From NCBI GenBank assembly GCA_023458375.1, contig JAEWZT010000002.1, positions 264,463 through 328,462 of the forward strand: a stretch of 64,000 nucleotides of DNA, given 5' to 3'. Position numbers and translations under genes: made by a program. How positions within the stretch are numbered: position 1 is the stretch's first letter; every line of letters begins with the position of its first letter. This stretch comes from Bacillota bacterium. GTDB lineage: Bacteria; Bacillota; Clostridia; Christensenellales; CAG-314. The notes under the pieces were generated by a model. That model saw only the letters and a list, made by a program, of their open reading frames with translations, was not told where the DNA came from and made no database searches. Positions 53,852 through 63,801 of the stretch are shown in pieces.

Positions 53852-54610
53852 ATGAAAAAAGACAAAAAGACAAAAGCGATATTTTGCATTCACGGTTTTA
53901 TCACCGATTATACCGACTTTGATAAGCTGTCCCCTTTGTTTAAAAAAAAATACGACAGCGCCTACTTTTTTAACGTGCCGGGGCATTATCCCGCCGACTT
54001 CAAGCTTTTTGACAGCGACAAGACTTTTGAACTTTTGCTGAGCGAGTTTGACAATTTGCAGAAAAAATACGACAGTGTTGACGTGGCGGGCTTTTCAATG
54101 GGAGGGGCTCTGGGCAGTTATCTCGCCTGCGTAAGAAAGGTGCATAAGCTTATACTGCTTTCCCCCGCAAATAAGTATCTCAATACGGGCTATTCGTTCA
54201 GGTGGACGGCTTTTTACTTAAAAAGAGTGTTTGAAAACTTTACAAACAGCAACTTTGACCTTACAAAGGCGGTGTCTTTGAGCAAAAACGAGCTTTCCAA
54301 ATACGTTACCGACAACAAAGAGGCGGTAAATATGATGGTTACAAAGCTTTTGCCCAACTACAACGCCCACACTTTGGTTACCTTTGCAAAAACAATTAAA
54401 AAATGCAACGAGGGTTTAAAGAAAAACTATACCCCCTGCCTTATTCTTTACGGCGAGCTGGACGAACTTGTTCCCCTTTCGAGCGTAGAATATTTAAAGG
54501 AATATTTTTTAAATGCCAAAGTAATTATTTATGACGACGTGGGGCACTTGATGATTAAAGGCAGCAAGGCAGAAAAACTTGCCGATGACATTGAGCTGTT
54601 TATCTCTTAA
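53852..54610 (+). CDS. alpha/beta-fold hydrolase (esterase/lipase-like)
   Basis: 252 aa with nucleophile elbow GFSMGG, plus a C-terminal D and an H in DDVGHL. Confidence 0.7.
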   Translation: MKKDKKTKAIFCIHGFITDYTDFDKLSPLFKKKYDSAYFFNVPGHYPADFKLFDSDKTFELLLSEFDNLQKKYDSVDVAGFSMGGALGSYLACVRKVHKLILLSPANKYLNTGYSFRWTAFYLKRVFENFTNSNFDLTKAVSLSKNELSKYVTDNKEAVNMMVTKLLPNYNAHTLVTFAKTIKKCNEGLKKNYTPCLILYGELDELVPLSSVEYLKEYFLNAKVIIYDDVGHLMIKGSKAEKLADDIELFIS

Positions 54611-54684
54611 TAGTTTTGACTTTTTAGTTTTGCTTATTATCGGCAGCCGCAAGCGCGGGGCAAAAGTTTTAAGCGTCAATTCAG

Positions 54685-54714
54685 TTGCCAAATCAAGGCG
54701 GTTGTTGGTATAAT
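54685..54714 (+). promoter_or_regulatory. sigma-A promoter of rpsF-ssb-rpsR
   Basis: TTGCCA (54685-54690), 18-nt spacer, extended -10 TGGTATAAT (54706-54714). Confidence 0.6.
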
Positions 54715-54797
54715 AGATGTCGCCGCAGTTTTTAAGCGGCATCGCCTTGTTCCGCTGTTAAAAGCGGGACCTAATATTTAGACCGGGAGGTAGAAAA

Positions 54798-55079
54798 ATG
54801 AACAACTACGAATTACTGTTTTTTATGGACAGCGCTTTAACAAACGAAGTGCGCGAAGCGGTAATATCCAAATTTGTCGCCATAATTGAAAACGGGCAGG
54901 GCAAAGTGGATACTTTGGACAGATGGGGGCTTAAAAAACTGGCTTATCCCATTTCCAAAAAAACCGACGCTTATTACGTGTTAATCAATTTTCAGGGCAA
55001 AAGCGATTTGCCTATGGAAATAGAAAGAGTGATGAACATAACGGACGGCGTTTTGCGTCATATGATTATCGTTAAGTAA
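54798..55079 (+). CDS. rpsF: 30S ribosomal protein S6
   Basis: 93 aa. MNNYELLFFMD..RWGLKKLAYPI..AYYVLINF. Confidence 0.9.
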   Translation: MNNYELLFFMDSALTNEVREAVISKFVAIIENGQGKVDTLDRWGLKKLAYPISKKTDAYYVLINFQGKSDLPMEIERVMNITDGVLRHMIIVK

Positions 55080-55096
55080 CAAAACGGGGAGGAGAA

Positions 55097-55516
55097 ATGA
55101 ACAAAGCTATTTTGATAGGAAGGCTTACCGCAGACCCCGTTACCTCAACGACGCCCACGGGCGTTGCCGTCAGCAGGTTTTCCCTCGCGATAGACAGACC
55201 CTATAAGTCGGCAAACGGCGAAAAACAGACAGACTTTATAAACTGCATAGCGTGGCGCTCGCAAGCCGACTTTATGAGCAAGTATTTTCATAAGGGCGAC
55301 CCCTGTGTGGTGGTGGGTTCAATTCAAACGCGCAATTACGAAAAAGACGGGCAGAAAAGGTATATCACCGAGGTAGTAGCCGACAATATTGAGTTTGTTC
55401 CGAGAAACAGCGGAAACGTTTCGGCAACCCCTAACGCAAACGGCAGCAACGGGTTTGAGCGCAAGAGCATTGACGACTTAGAACCCCTAGACGACGGCAA
55501 CGAATTGCCCTTTTAA
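55097..55516 (+). CDS. ssb: single-stranded DNA-binding protein
   Basis: 139 aa with an OB fold ([23 protein letters not shown]) and an acidic tail DDGNELPF. Confidence 0.9.
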   Translation: MNKAILIGRLTADPVTSTTPTGVAVSRFSLAIDRPYKSANGEKQTDFINCIAWRSQADFMSKYFHKGDPCVVVGSIQTRNYEKDGQKRYITEVVADNIEFVPRNSGNVSATPNANGSNGFERKSIDDLEPLDDGNELPF

Positions 55517-55539
55517 ATAAAAATAAGGAGATTTTAAAA

Positions 55540-55788
55540 ATGGAAGATAAAACTTTAACAAAGAAGCCTTTAAGGCGTCCCGCCCGCAGAAAAGTTTGCG
55601 CTTTCTGCGCCGACAAAACGGAATATATTGACTACAAAGACACCAACAAACTTCGCAAATTTATTTCGGAAAAGGGAAAGATTATCCCCCGCAGAATGAG
55701 CGGCGTTTGCTCGCTTCACCAAAGAGAGCTTACGATAGCGGTAAAAAGAGCCAGACAAATGGCGCTTCTTCCCTACGTTGGAGACTAA
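55540..55788 (+). CDS. rpsR: 30S ribosomal protein S18
   Basis: 82 aa. [58 protein letters not shown]. Confidence 0.9.
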   Translation: MEDKTLTKKPLRRPARRKVCAFCADKTEYIDYKDTNKLRKFISEKGKIIPRRMSGVCSLHQRELTIAVKRARQMALLPYVGD

Positions 55789-55798
55789 AACCACAGCA

Positions 55799-55832
55799 CA
55801 AAGACTTGCTTAACCCGCAAGTCTTTTTTATT
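55799..55832 (+). terminator. intrinsic terminator after rpsR
   Basis: AAGACTTGC-ttaaccc-GCAAGTCTT followed by TTTTATTT. Confidence 0.8.
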
Positions 55833-56383
55833 TAAGGCAACGTAACTGGCGCTGGTTTATTTACCAGCGCCTAATTTTATAATTAAAGAACGTAAATCGT
55901 AAGGCAAAAAAATTGCTATATTTTTGTATTTTTATTTTCATAAGCGCGGCGATAAAATGTTGATTGTTAAAATGCGAATAATAATAAAGCCAAAAGTTCT
56001 TGCGATGGAAAATCGCTGGGCAAGTATTCGCACATTTCTAAGTTTGGCGCACACTTTGTTGAACGCCGACATTTTTTTGATTATATACTGCTTTGCGCTA
56101 ATAAAAAACATTAAAATCTTGTTCGCTTAAAAATGCTTCGACCCTGCGCATTTGCGGAGCGTATTTTTTGTCATGCATTTTCTTTTTGATAAAAATAAAA
56201 TGTAAACGTTTGTATTTTGTGTTTTGCCGCCTTTGCATTAAAAAATGTCTTTTTAAACATACTGAAATTGTATCGGAAAAGAGAAAAAAGTTTTTTAAAA
56301 AACCTTAACGGTAAAAAAGGGCTGCATTAAAAACACAAGCTCTTTCACACAACAAAAATACCCGGACGGGAAAGGCGGTCATT

Positions 56384-57994
56384 TTGCTTTTTGATTTTAT
56401 TATACGCAAATTGCGCTTTATAGGAAGAAACGTAAAAACGCACGGAATAAAGGGGGGAGGAAGCGCTGAAAACGACAACGAGAGCGCCGACAAGCTTTCC
56501 TCTAAACTTAAAGACAATTTAAAAGATATACAAGCCCGAATGGAAAACAGCACCGACTTTAAGGTGAACTCTTTTACTTTGGGCGACGGCGAAACTTCTG
56601 CGGCGCTTTTGTTTATTGACGGACTTGTGGATAATTTGCTTGTCACCAATTCCGTTCTGCGCCCCTTAAAGCAATGGCAGCCCAAGGAAGAACAAAGCGG
56701 CGGTAAACTTATAGACGCGCTTGACAAGCAGGTGATTTGCGTTGCCGGCGCGGAAAAAGCTAAAACACTTCAAGAAGTTTTAACGGGTTACCTCTCGGGC
56801 AACGTCGTTTTGCTTGTAGACGGCTACGCCCAAGCTTTAATTTTAGATACCAAGGGCTGGGAAAAGCGCAATATTACAGAGCCGCAGTCGGAAACGGTAG
56901 TGCGCGGACCGCGCGAGGGATTTACCGAGGATTTACGCACAAACACTTCGCTTATGCGCCGCAAAATACGCAACGAGAAATTGAAATCGGAAAATATGAA
57001 CATAGGGCGCAAAACGCAGACGGGCGTATGCTTGATGTATTTAGAGGGCGTAGTTAACGCAAACGCTTTAAAAGAAATTAAATGGCGCTTGAAAAATTTG
57101 GACGTGGAATCAATTTTGGAAACGGGGTATATAGAAGAATACATTGAGGACGCCCCCTTTTCCCCCTTTGCAACAATGGCTTACACAGAAAAACCCGACG
57201 TTGCCGCGGCAAAAATCTTAGAGGGCAGAATAGCCATTTTGGTAGACGGAACGCCTTTTGCGCTTACAGCCCCCATGCTGTTTATTGAAAGTTTTCAAAC
57301 CGCCGAAGACTACTACGAGCGCCCCCTTTACGCAAGCCTTTTGCGCATTATCCGCTATGCGGGCTATACGCTTACTATTTTAGCGCCCGCCATTTATGTC
57401 GCGCTGATGTCTTTCCACCACGAGCTTATTCCCACCACACTTTTGTTTACGGTGGCAAAGGCAAGGGAGGGGACGCCTTTCCCCGTCTTTTTTGAAGCGC
57501 TCATAATGATATTTGCCTTTGAGCTGCTGCGCGAGGCGGGAGTGCGCCTTCCCCGACCCGTAGGGCAGGCGATAAGTATTGTGGGCGCGCTGATTATGGG
57601 CGAAGCCGCGGTAAGCGCCGGTTTAATAGGCGCCCCTATGGTTATAGTCATTGCCGTTACTTCCGTCGCGGGGTTTTTAGTGCCAACGCAAAACGAATCG
57701 TCTTCGGTTTTGCGCGTTGTGGCGATGATTCCCGCCGCAGTTGTAGGTTTTTACGGCGTAGGGTTGATGTGCATAGGGACGCTGATACACTTAGCGACCC
57801 TTGAATCATTCGGCGTTCCATTTTTTGACAGCTTCGGTCAGTCGGGCGACTCTGAGGACGCCCTTATCCGCAAGCCCCTTTGGTCAATGGCGCACCGACC
57901 CCAGGAAATTGCCGAGGGCGATACCACGCGTATTAAGCCATATATTCCCCCCATGCGCCCCCATTCTAAAAACGACGAGGGAGGTCAGCCGTAA
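56384..57994 (+). CDS. spore germinant receptor, A subunit (GerA/GerKA family)
   Basis: 536 aa with typical blocks VVRGPREGFTEDLRTNTSLMRRK, GRKTQTGVCLMYLEGV and AILVDGTPFALTAPMLF. TTG start behind a GAAAGG RBS. Confidence 0.85.
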   Translation: MLFDFIIRKLRFIGRNVKTHGIKGGGSAENDNESADKLSSKLKDNLKDIQARMENSTDFKVNSFTLGDGETSAALLFIDGLVDNLLVTNSVLRPLKQWQPKEEQSGGKLIDALDKQVICVAGAEKAKTLQEVLTGYLSGNVVLLVDGYAQALILDTKGWEKRNITEPQSETVVRGPREGFTEDLRTNTSLMRRKIRNEKLKSENMNIGRKTQTGVCLMYLEGVVNANALKEIKWRLKNLDVESILETGYIEEYIEDAPFSPFATMAYTEKPDVAAAKILEGRIAILVDGTPFALTAPMLFIESFQTAEDYYERPLYASLLRIIRYAGYTLTILAPAIYVALMSFHHELIPTTLLFTVAKAREGTPFPVFFEALIMIFAFELLREAGVRLPRPVGQAISIVGALIMGEAAVSAGLIGAPMVIVIAVTSVAGFLVPTQNESSSVLRVVAMIPAAVVGFYGVGLMCIGTLIHLATLESFGVPFFDSFGQSGDSEDALIRKPLWSMAHRPQEIAEGDTTRIKPYIPPMRPHSKNDEGGQP

Positions 57995-59181
57995 TGCGCG
58001 CGCGATTAAAAATATTGTCCTTATTGTTTGCCGTGATGCTTGTTGTTTTAGCTTTAACCGGCTGTTGGGACAGCAGAGAACTTAACAATTGGTTTATATT
58101 AACGGGAACGGGGATTGACGTAATTGAAGACCCCGAGCAAATGCAGTTTACCTTTCAAGTGGCAAACATTAAGCAGGGGCAATCGGGTTCCGGCTCGGGA
58201 GGGGACTCGGGCGGCTCCGACGATTCAGTTGTTACCTTTGATATTATCAGCAAGTCGTTGGATAGAAGCATTTCCATGCTCAACAGGGACAACGACAACA
58301 AACTGCTTTTTCAGCACAACCAAATAAGGCTTTTTGGTATTGAGGCGGCGCAGTGCGGCATCAAAGAACATCTTGATTTGCTTTTAAGGGACTATCAGGC
58401 GCGTCTGGAAGTGCCTATGGCGGTAGTGGACGGCAGGGCGGAGGATATTTTGAAGCTTAAACTGCCCCACGAACCCAACAGCGGCATTTTTTTGGGGGGA
58501 TATTTTAAGGATTTAGGCAACTCCTCTGAAAAATATATCGTTCGCCTTATTGACTTTGTGCATGTGCTTTTAGACGGAAGCGCCGCCCCCGTAATGCCGC
58601 TGTTAAAAATAAATAAAAGCGAAAACGACGAAAGCGGCATTACCTTTGAGGGAATGGCGGTCTTTAAAGACGACAAGATGATAGGGCGGCTAAACAACGA
58701 CGAAACTTTGGGCTTTATGATGTCTTGCGGAAGTGTAAAAAGGCTTAATTTGGAAGTGGAGGAAGGTGAAAACAAAGCCGTGCTCCATATCGTAAGGCTT
58801 CAATGCAAACGCGATTTAACGGTAAACGACGACAACAGCGTTTTGGCAAAACTGGATATCAAAACTGTCATCAACCTTTCTGAGGTGGATGGGTTTAAAG
58901 ATAAAAAACCGCCCGAACTGATAAAGCATTTAGAAAAACTTGCCCAAGAAAAAATAAAGGAGCTGATTACCCTTTCCTTTTCAAAGGCAAAGGAACTGAA
59001 AGCCGACGTTTTTGGTTACAGCACTTTAATAAATCAAAAAGAACATAAAAAGTGGGAAAAAATGAAAGAGAATTGGGAGGAAATATTTGTAAACACGGAA
59101 ATGACCATTAAGGTTGACGCGATGCTGCGCGAGACGGGGCAAATTTCTGCGTCTTTGGAAATGGAGGAAAAAAACAAATGA
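57994..59181 (+). CDS. spore germinant receptor, C subunit lipoprotein (Ger(x)C family)
   Basis: 395 aa with lipobox LALTGCWDSRELN. ATG overlaps the A-subunit stop (TAATG). Confidence 0.8.
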   Translation: MRARLKILSLLFAVMLVVLALTGCWDSRELNNWFILTGTGIDVIEDPEQMQFTFQVANIKQGQSGSGSGGDSGGSDDSVVTFDIISKSLDRSISMLNRDNDNKLLFQHNQIRLFGIEAAQCGIKEHLDLLLRDYQARLEVPMAVVDGRAEDILKLKLPHEPNSGIFLGGYFKDLGNSSEKYIVRLIDFVHVLLDGSAAPVMPLLKINKSENDESGITFEGMAVFKDDKMIGRLNNDETLGFMMSCGSVKRLNLEVEEGENKAVLHIVRLQCKRDLTVNDDNSVLAKLDIKTVINLSEVDGFKDKKPPELIKHLEKLAQEKIKELITLSFSKAKELKADVFGYSTLINQKEHKKWEKMKENWEEIFVNTEMTIKVDAMLRETGQISASLEMEEKNK

Positions 59182-60302
59182 TAGTAGACAAGTCAAAAAT
59201 ATCAGGCAAACGGTTTATGTTTGCGGTGGCGTTTTATCTTCAATCTTCTGTGCTTTTGACCTCTTTTCTGGCGGGGGTAACGAAACATGAATCATGGATT
59301 CCCGTAGTAATAGGCGCTTTGATAAGCATTCCCATAATATATATGTTCCGCACCTTTATGGTAATGTTTCCCGATAAAAACCTTTTGCAGATATTTGAAG
59401 AGGTGTTCGGCAAGTTCGTGGGAAAATTTTTAAGCATAGCCATGCTTTGGTTTTATCTTACCGTTTCCGCCTTAAACGTATCTGATTTGGCAAACTTTGT
59501 CAAAATTACCTTTCTTCCCGAAACGCCCCGTCTTTTTACAACCCTTTGCTGCGTGCTGCTTTCGGTATGGGCGGTAAGGCACGGTTTCGGCGTGGTAAGC
59601 AGATACGGCTCTTTGTTTACGATAATAGAGTTTGGCATAGTGATAACATCTCTTATCTTTTTGGCAAACCAAATGAAATTCAGTAATTTTTTACCCATTT
59701 TCAGCCTGCCTTTTATGAAATATGTGCAAAGCACGCACATCATCACCGTTATACCTATCAGCGAAATAATGGTATTTTTGATGATTACGCCCTGCGTAAG
59801 GAAGTTGGAGCCCAAGCAGGTGACAAAATATTGGTTTTTAGGCGCGGCAATGGGCATTATAGTGCTTTTAGCGGTGCTGATGCGCGACATCGCGGTCCTT
59901 GGCAACGCGCTGCACTTTTTTAATCTTCCGGGGCTGGTGTCTTTGCGCCTTGTCAACCTTGGCGAAGCTTTAAGCCGTTTGGAAATTCTTTTTGCGGTGG
60001 GCATTATGCTTTTGCTGTTTTTCAAAATTACCGTGCTGGTTTATGCGTCAACGGTAGCTCTTGCCACTCTTTTCGGCACCGTGCAATATAAAAACCTTGC
60101 GCTTATAACAGGCGTTTTTATCGTGATTTATTCGCCTACCTTGTATGACAGCGGCATTGAGCACGTAACGTCGGCGCGCGCCTACGAAGCTTTTACAAAC
60201 GGGCTTTTTGAAGTTGTCATTCCTTTTATAACGTTGGTTTTGGCAAAATTCCGCAATCTTCCAAAACCCGTTAAAGAAGAGGCGGGCAACGAAGGGGGTT
60301 AA
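59178..60302 (+). CDS. spore germinant receptor, B subunit (APC-type permease-like)
   Basis: 374 aa with about 10 TM segments. Overlaps the C-subunit stop by 4 nt. Confidence 0.8.
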   Translation: MIVDKSKISGKRFMFAVAFYLQSSVLLTSFLAGVTKHESWIPVVIGALISIPIIYMFRTFMVMFPDKNLLQIFEEVFGKFVGKFLSIAMLWFYLTVSALNVSDLANFVKITFLPETPRLFTTLCCVLLSVWAVRHGFGVVSRYGSLFTIIEFGIVITSLIFLANQMKFSNFLPIFSLPFMKYVQSTHIITVIPISEIMVFLMITPCVRKLEPKQVTKYWFLGAAMGIIVLLAVLMRDIAVLGNALHFFNLPGLVSLRLVNLGEALSRLEILFAVGIMLLLFFKITVLVYASTVALATLFGTVQYKNLALITGVFIVIYSPTLYDSGIEHVTSARAYEAFTNGLFEVVIPFITLVLAKFRNLPKPVKEEAGNEGG

Positions 60303-60308
60303 TAAAAT

Positions 60309-60527
60309 ATGATTTGGCTTGTAACTCTTTCCTTTGCGCTTATTGCCGTAATAGATTTAATTCCTTTAATAAAACGCAAAAAACCCCATGCAATCGCCGC
60401 TTTTATCTGCTGCTTTGCCGTAGCGCTTACCATCGGCGTGCTGACAGCTATTGACATTAAAGTCCCAAGCGCCATGAAAGGGTGGCAGGCGCTGTACGAC
60501 TGGATTGGTATCGGCTATAAACCGTAA
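60309..60527 (+). CDS. small two-TM protein immediately downstream of the ger operon (candidate D-type accessory subunit)
   Basis: 72 aa with two hydrophobic helices. Starts 6 nt after the B-subunit stop. Confidence 0.5.
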   Translation: MIWLVTLSFALIAVIDLIPLIKRKKPHAIAAFICCFAVALTIGVLTAIDIKVPSAMKGWQALYDWIGIGYKP

Positions 60528-60682
60528 GCTTTTGTTTTTATACTCTTATTTTGAAGGGAAAAGGCAGCGGGTAAAGCGGACGTTAAAGGGTCTAGACTTT
60601 TATTTTTTGTTTTATAAAAAAGTTTTCCGCCCGTCTTTATTGTATGTTATTATATATTTAACAAATATTGTTTGGAGAAGCT

Positions 60683-61183
60683 ATGAAAAGGACGGACAGA
60701 GAAATTACCTCTTTTGAAGAAATAATAAAAGTTGCGGAAAAATGCGACGTAATACGCGTGGGGTTTTTTGACGGAGAATACCCTTATATCGTGCCCCTTT
60801 CTTTCGGCTATGCCATAAAAGAGGGTAAGGCGGTCTTTTATTTTCACGGCGCGAAAGAGGGCTTAAAGCACGATTTGTTAATTAAACATAACAATGTTTG
60901 CGTTGAAGGTGATATTTTTTACCGTTACGTGAATTTAAAGCGCAGCGTAACTGTGGAATACCAAAGCTTTATCGCAAAGGGCAAAGCCAGCGAAATTACG
61001 GGGCAAGAGGCGGTATTTGGCATTCAATGCATATTAAACCATTGCGGCTACCCGCGTTTTTCCGCTAAAAAATGCGTCGCACTCGATATTACGCGCGTTT
61101 ATAAAATAGAAGTTGAAAGCATAACGGGCAAGCAAAACCTCCTCCCTCCCGTTGCCCCTGCCGCCCAAAACCCCGCCCCTTAA
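60683..61183 (+). CDS. pyridoxamine-5'-phosphate-oxidase-fold (FMN-binding split barrel, NimA-like) protein
   Basis: Start set at ATG 60683 (MKRTDREITSFEEIIKVAEKCDVIRVGFFDGEYPYIVPLSFGY) behind a GGAGAAG RBS. Confidence 0.65.
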   Translation: MKRTDREITSFEEIIKVAEKCDVIRVGFFDGEYPYIVPLSFGYAIKEGKAVFYFHGAKEGLKHDLLIKHNNVCVEGDIFYRYVNLKRSVTVEYQSFIAKGKASEITGQEAVFGIQCILNHCGYPRFSAKKCVALDITRVYKIEVESITGKQNLLPPVAPAAQNPAP

Positions 61184-61469
61184 CCCTTTGCCACAACGCA
61201 TAGCTGTTACGGACAAATGAAGTTTAGTTTCTTGCGCCTGCTTAAACGCGATTTGGCTTTGCCGCGGAAACTATCCTAAATACAATTGAAACACCCAAAA
61301 CTGTTAAATGTATAAATTGATAAAAACGCCCCCTCCTTTAAACGGAAGGGGTTATTTTTGTATATCAATTTTTAAAGTTTATGTTAATTTAGCAGCAGTT
61401 AATTATTTAGTAATTGTAAACCGCTTTTTTGCGGAACGGGATAAACTTTGCTTTTTTGTCAAACAGGCG

Positions 61470-61922
61470 CTAATCCCTTTCTTCCTTTTGCTTTTGCGCC
61501 AAGATTTTGTTCATTCTTGCCGCTTCGCACTTGCTGTGAAAATAAAAACCCAGCCAAATTAAAGCGGAAGAAATTACTGCGATTGCGGCAAAAAGTATAA
61601 CGGCGCCCGCGCCCTCCTCAAAGGGAATCCAATTCGCAAAGTAAGCTATTATGCCGAAAATGACAAAACCGGCAGCCATATGGATAACTATCTGCAAAGG
61701 AAAGGCGATTTTTTTCGCGCGGTAAATCAGCGAAGGAAGAGTAAAACCCAAACTTACGCCGACGGCGCACAGAGACTGCTTGATAAAACCGTAGTTTCCT
61801 TCAAAGGGCAAAGGCGCTTTTGCGATAATTTCCCAAAAAATGTTTATCAGCACGAAAATTGTGCAGCCCATAGTTATTCCTACGACAAAAGCTTTTAAAA
61901 TTGAGCGTAAAACCTTGTTCAT
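61470..61922 (-). CDS. DUF3021-like four-TM membrane protein
   Basis: 150 aa with 4 hydrophobic helices. Lies 16 nt downstream of the LytTR gene, a pairing I recall as typical. Confidence 0.55.
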   Translation of the reverse strand: MNKVLRSILKAFVVGITMGCTIFVLINIFWEIIAKAPLPFEGNYGFIKQSLCAVGVSLGFTLPSLIYRAKKIAFPLQIVIHMAAGFVIFGIIAYFANWIPFEEGAGAVILFAAIAVISSALIWLGFYFHSKCEAARMNKILAQKQKEERD

Positions 61923-61938
61923 AATTTTTTCTCCTTTT

Positions 61939-62403
61939 TTATAACCCCAAATATTTTTTAAAAGGGGGTAAATAATTTCTTGAAATATAGTCGGACAAGC
62001 CGTTTTTGAGTTTAATTTTCATTAAGCCACCCAAAGAAGGCTCAACATACTTCACCTGCGCAAGATTGACCACTGTTCCCTTTGAAATCTGCAAAAAGGA
62101 GCCGCCCAAAAGCTCCGCCATTTCGTAAAGGCGCTTTTTACAGACATATTTTTTGTTTTGAGTATAAAGGGCAAGGACATCCTCTTCTACGCGCGCCATA
62201 AATATTTCCTGTGGCCGCAAAACAACTTTTTTTCCATCCGCCGAAGCGGTAATAACGGCGTCATGGCTTTGCAAAAACGAAACGGCGCTTTCAATTTCTT
62301 CCGTGAGTTTGCCCGTATAAATTACGGCGTAAGCCTCCGCTAAACCCTGTTTTATAACGACTTCAACTTTCAAAGCAACCTGCCTCCCATTTATTGTAAG
62401 CAA
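61939..62403 (-). CDS. stand-alone LytTR-domain DNA-binding protein
   Basis: 154 aa. RLYEMAELLGGSFLQISKGTVVNLAQVKYVEPSLGGLMKIKLKNGLSDYISRNYLPPFKKYLG. Confidence 0.75.
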   Translation of the reverse strand: MLTINGRQVALKVEVVIKQGLAEAYAVIYTGKLTEEIESAVSFLQSHDAVITASADGKKVVLRPQEIFMARVEEDVLALYTQNKKYVCKKRLYEMAELLGGSFLQISKGTVVNLAQVKYVEPSLGGLMKIKLKNGLSDYISRNYLPPFKKYLGL

Positions 62404-62895
62404 ATATTATCACATATTTTCTTCTTTGGGCGGCTTTTGGGCTAAGAGGCATATTTTTGGCGGTGAAATGCAGAACACAAAGAATAAAAACGTAAAACAC
62501 AGCGTTATGCGGACAAATATGTTACTGGCGCGTAAGGAAAAGCGCCGCTTAAAAGGCTCGCGGGGGATTGGGGATTGTTAAATTATCGGGTGGGCGGGGA
62601 TAGAGGAACAACCAATTTATTAAGGCAAAATTATAGACGCGCGCAGGGGGGAGGAAAGCTTATTAAAAATGTAAGTTCACCCGCCTTAAAGAAAACCCGA
62701 CGGGGGTTAGGCACTTAACAAGTAATACCTTATGGAGGTGTATAACAGCTAGTGAGCAAATGCGTTATGAACGCGCTGTCGCCAAAAAATGTTGTTTATT
62801 TGTCCCAAAAATGGTAAAATTGCTTTGAAAACTTATAAAAGCGCGCTGCGCGGCTAAAAAGAGCAACTGCGGCTTGATTAAAAGGAAAAGTAAAA

Positions 62896-63801
62896 ATGGA
62901 ATTAAAACAGCTTGAAGTATTTGTAAAGGTATATGAACTGCGGAGTTTTTCCAAGGCTGCGGAAGAGATATTTCTGTCGCAGCCCTCAATAAGTTCCTAT
63001 ATAAGTTCATTGGAAAAAGAGCTGCAAACGCAGTTGATTTACCGCTCAACCAAGGAAGTTCTTCCCACAAAATCGGGAAAACTGCTATACGGATACGCCA
63101 AAGAAATGCTTTCGCTGCGCGACGTTTCGGTGGACTGCCTTAAAAAATTTTCCGACGGCAAGTCGGGAAGCATTGACATTTTGGCTTCTTCTGTGCCCGC
63201 GCAAAACATTCTGCCTGAGATTTTAGGGGAATTTCATAAGAATTATCCTGATATTGTCTTTAACATTATGCAGGCGGACACGGCGGACGTAATCAAGGGC
63301 GTTGAACAGCGTCAAGGCGAAATAGGTTTTGTGGGCGCAAAAATTGAAAATCCCAAATGCGTTTACGAATATTTTATGTCGGAAAAGCTTATTTTAATCG
63401 CGCCGCGCGAAAAACGTTTTGAAAACTTGGGCGCAAAGGGCGCTTTGGAACTACTTAAAAGCCAACGCTTTGTAATGAGGGAAGCGGGTTCGGGCACAAG
63501 GCTTGAATACGAGGAATACCTAGGCAAAATCGGTATAAACGCAAGCGACTTGAAAGTCAGCGCCTATTTTAACAATACGCAAAGCATAATTTGCGCCGTC
63601 GCCAACGGGTTGGGGCTTTCCATTGTGTCGGAACTTGCGGCAAAGCAGTACATAAAGCAAAAAGCCGTTATACCCCTTTACGCCGATTTCTTGCCCCAAA
63701 GGTATTTTTACACGGTGCTGAAAAAGAACGCTTTGCTTTCCGCGCCTCTTGAAAACTTTATTAACTTTGTGCGCAAGCAAAAAACGACGGACGAAAAATA
63801 A
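62896..63801 (+). CDS. LysR-family transcriptional regulator
   Basis: 301 aa. N-terminal MELKQLEVFVKVYELRSFSKAAEEIFLSQPSISSYISSLEKEL wHTH plus a periplasmic-binding-fold effector domain. Confidence 0.9.
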   Translation: MELKQLEVFVKVYELRSFSKAAEEIFLSQPSISSYISSLEKELQTQLIYRSTKEVLPTKSGKLLYGYAKEMLSLRDVSVDCLKKFSDGKSGSIDILASSVPAQNILPEILGEFHKNYPDIVFNIMQADTADVIKGVEQRQGEIGFVGAKIENPKCVYEYFMSEKLILIAPREKRFENLGAKGALELLKSQRFVMREAGSGTRLEYEEYLGKIGINASDLKVSAYFNNTQSIICAVANGLGLSIVSELAAKQYIKQKAVIPLYADFLPQRYFYTVLKKNALLSAPLENFINFVRKQKTTDEK

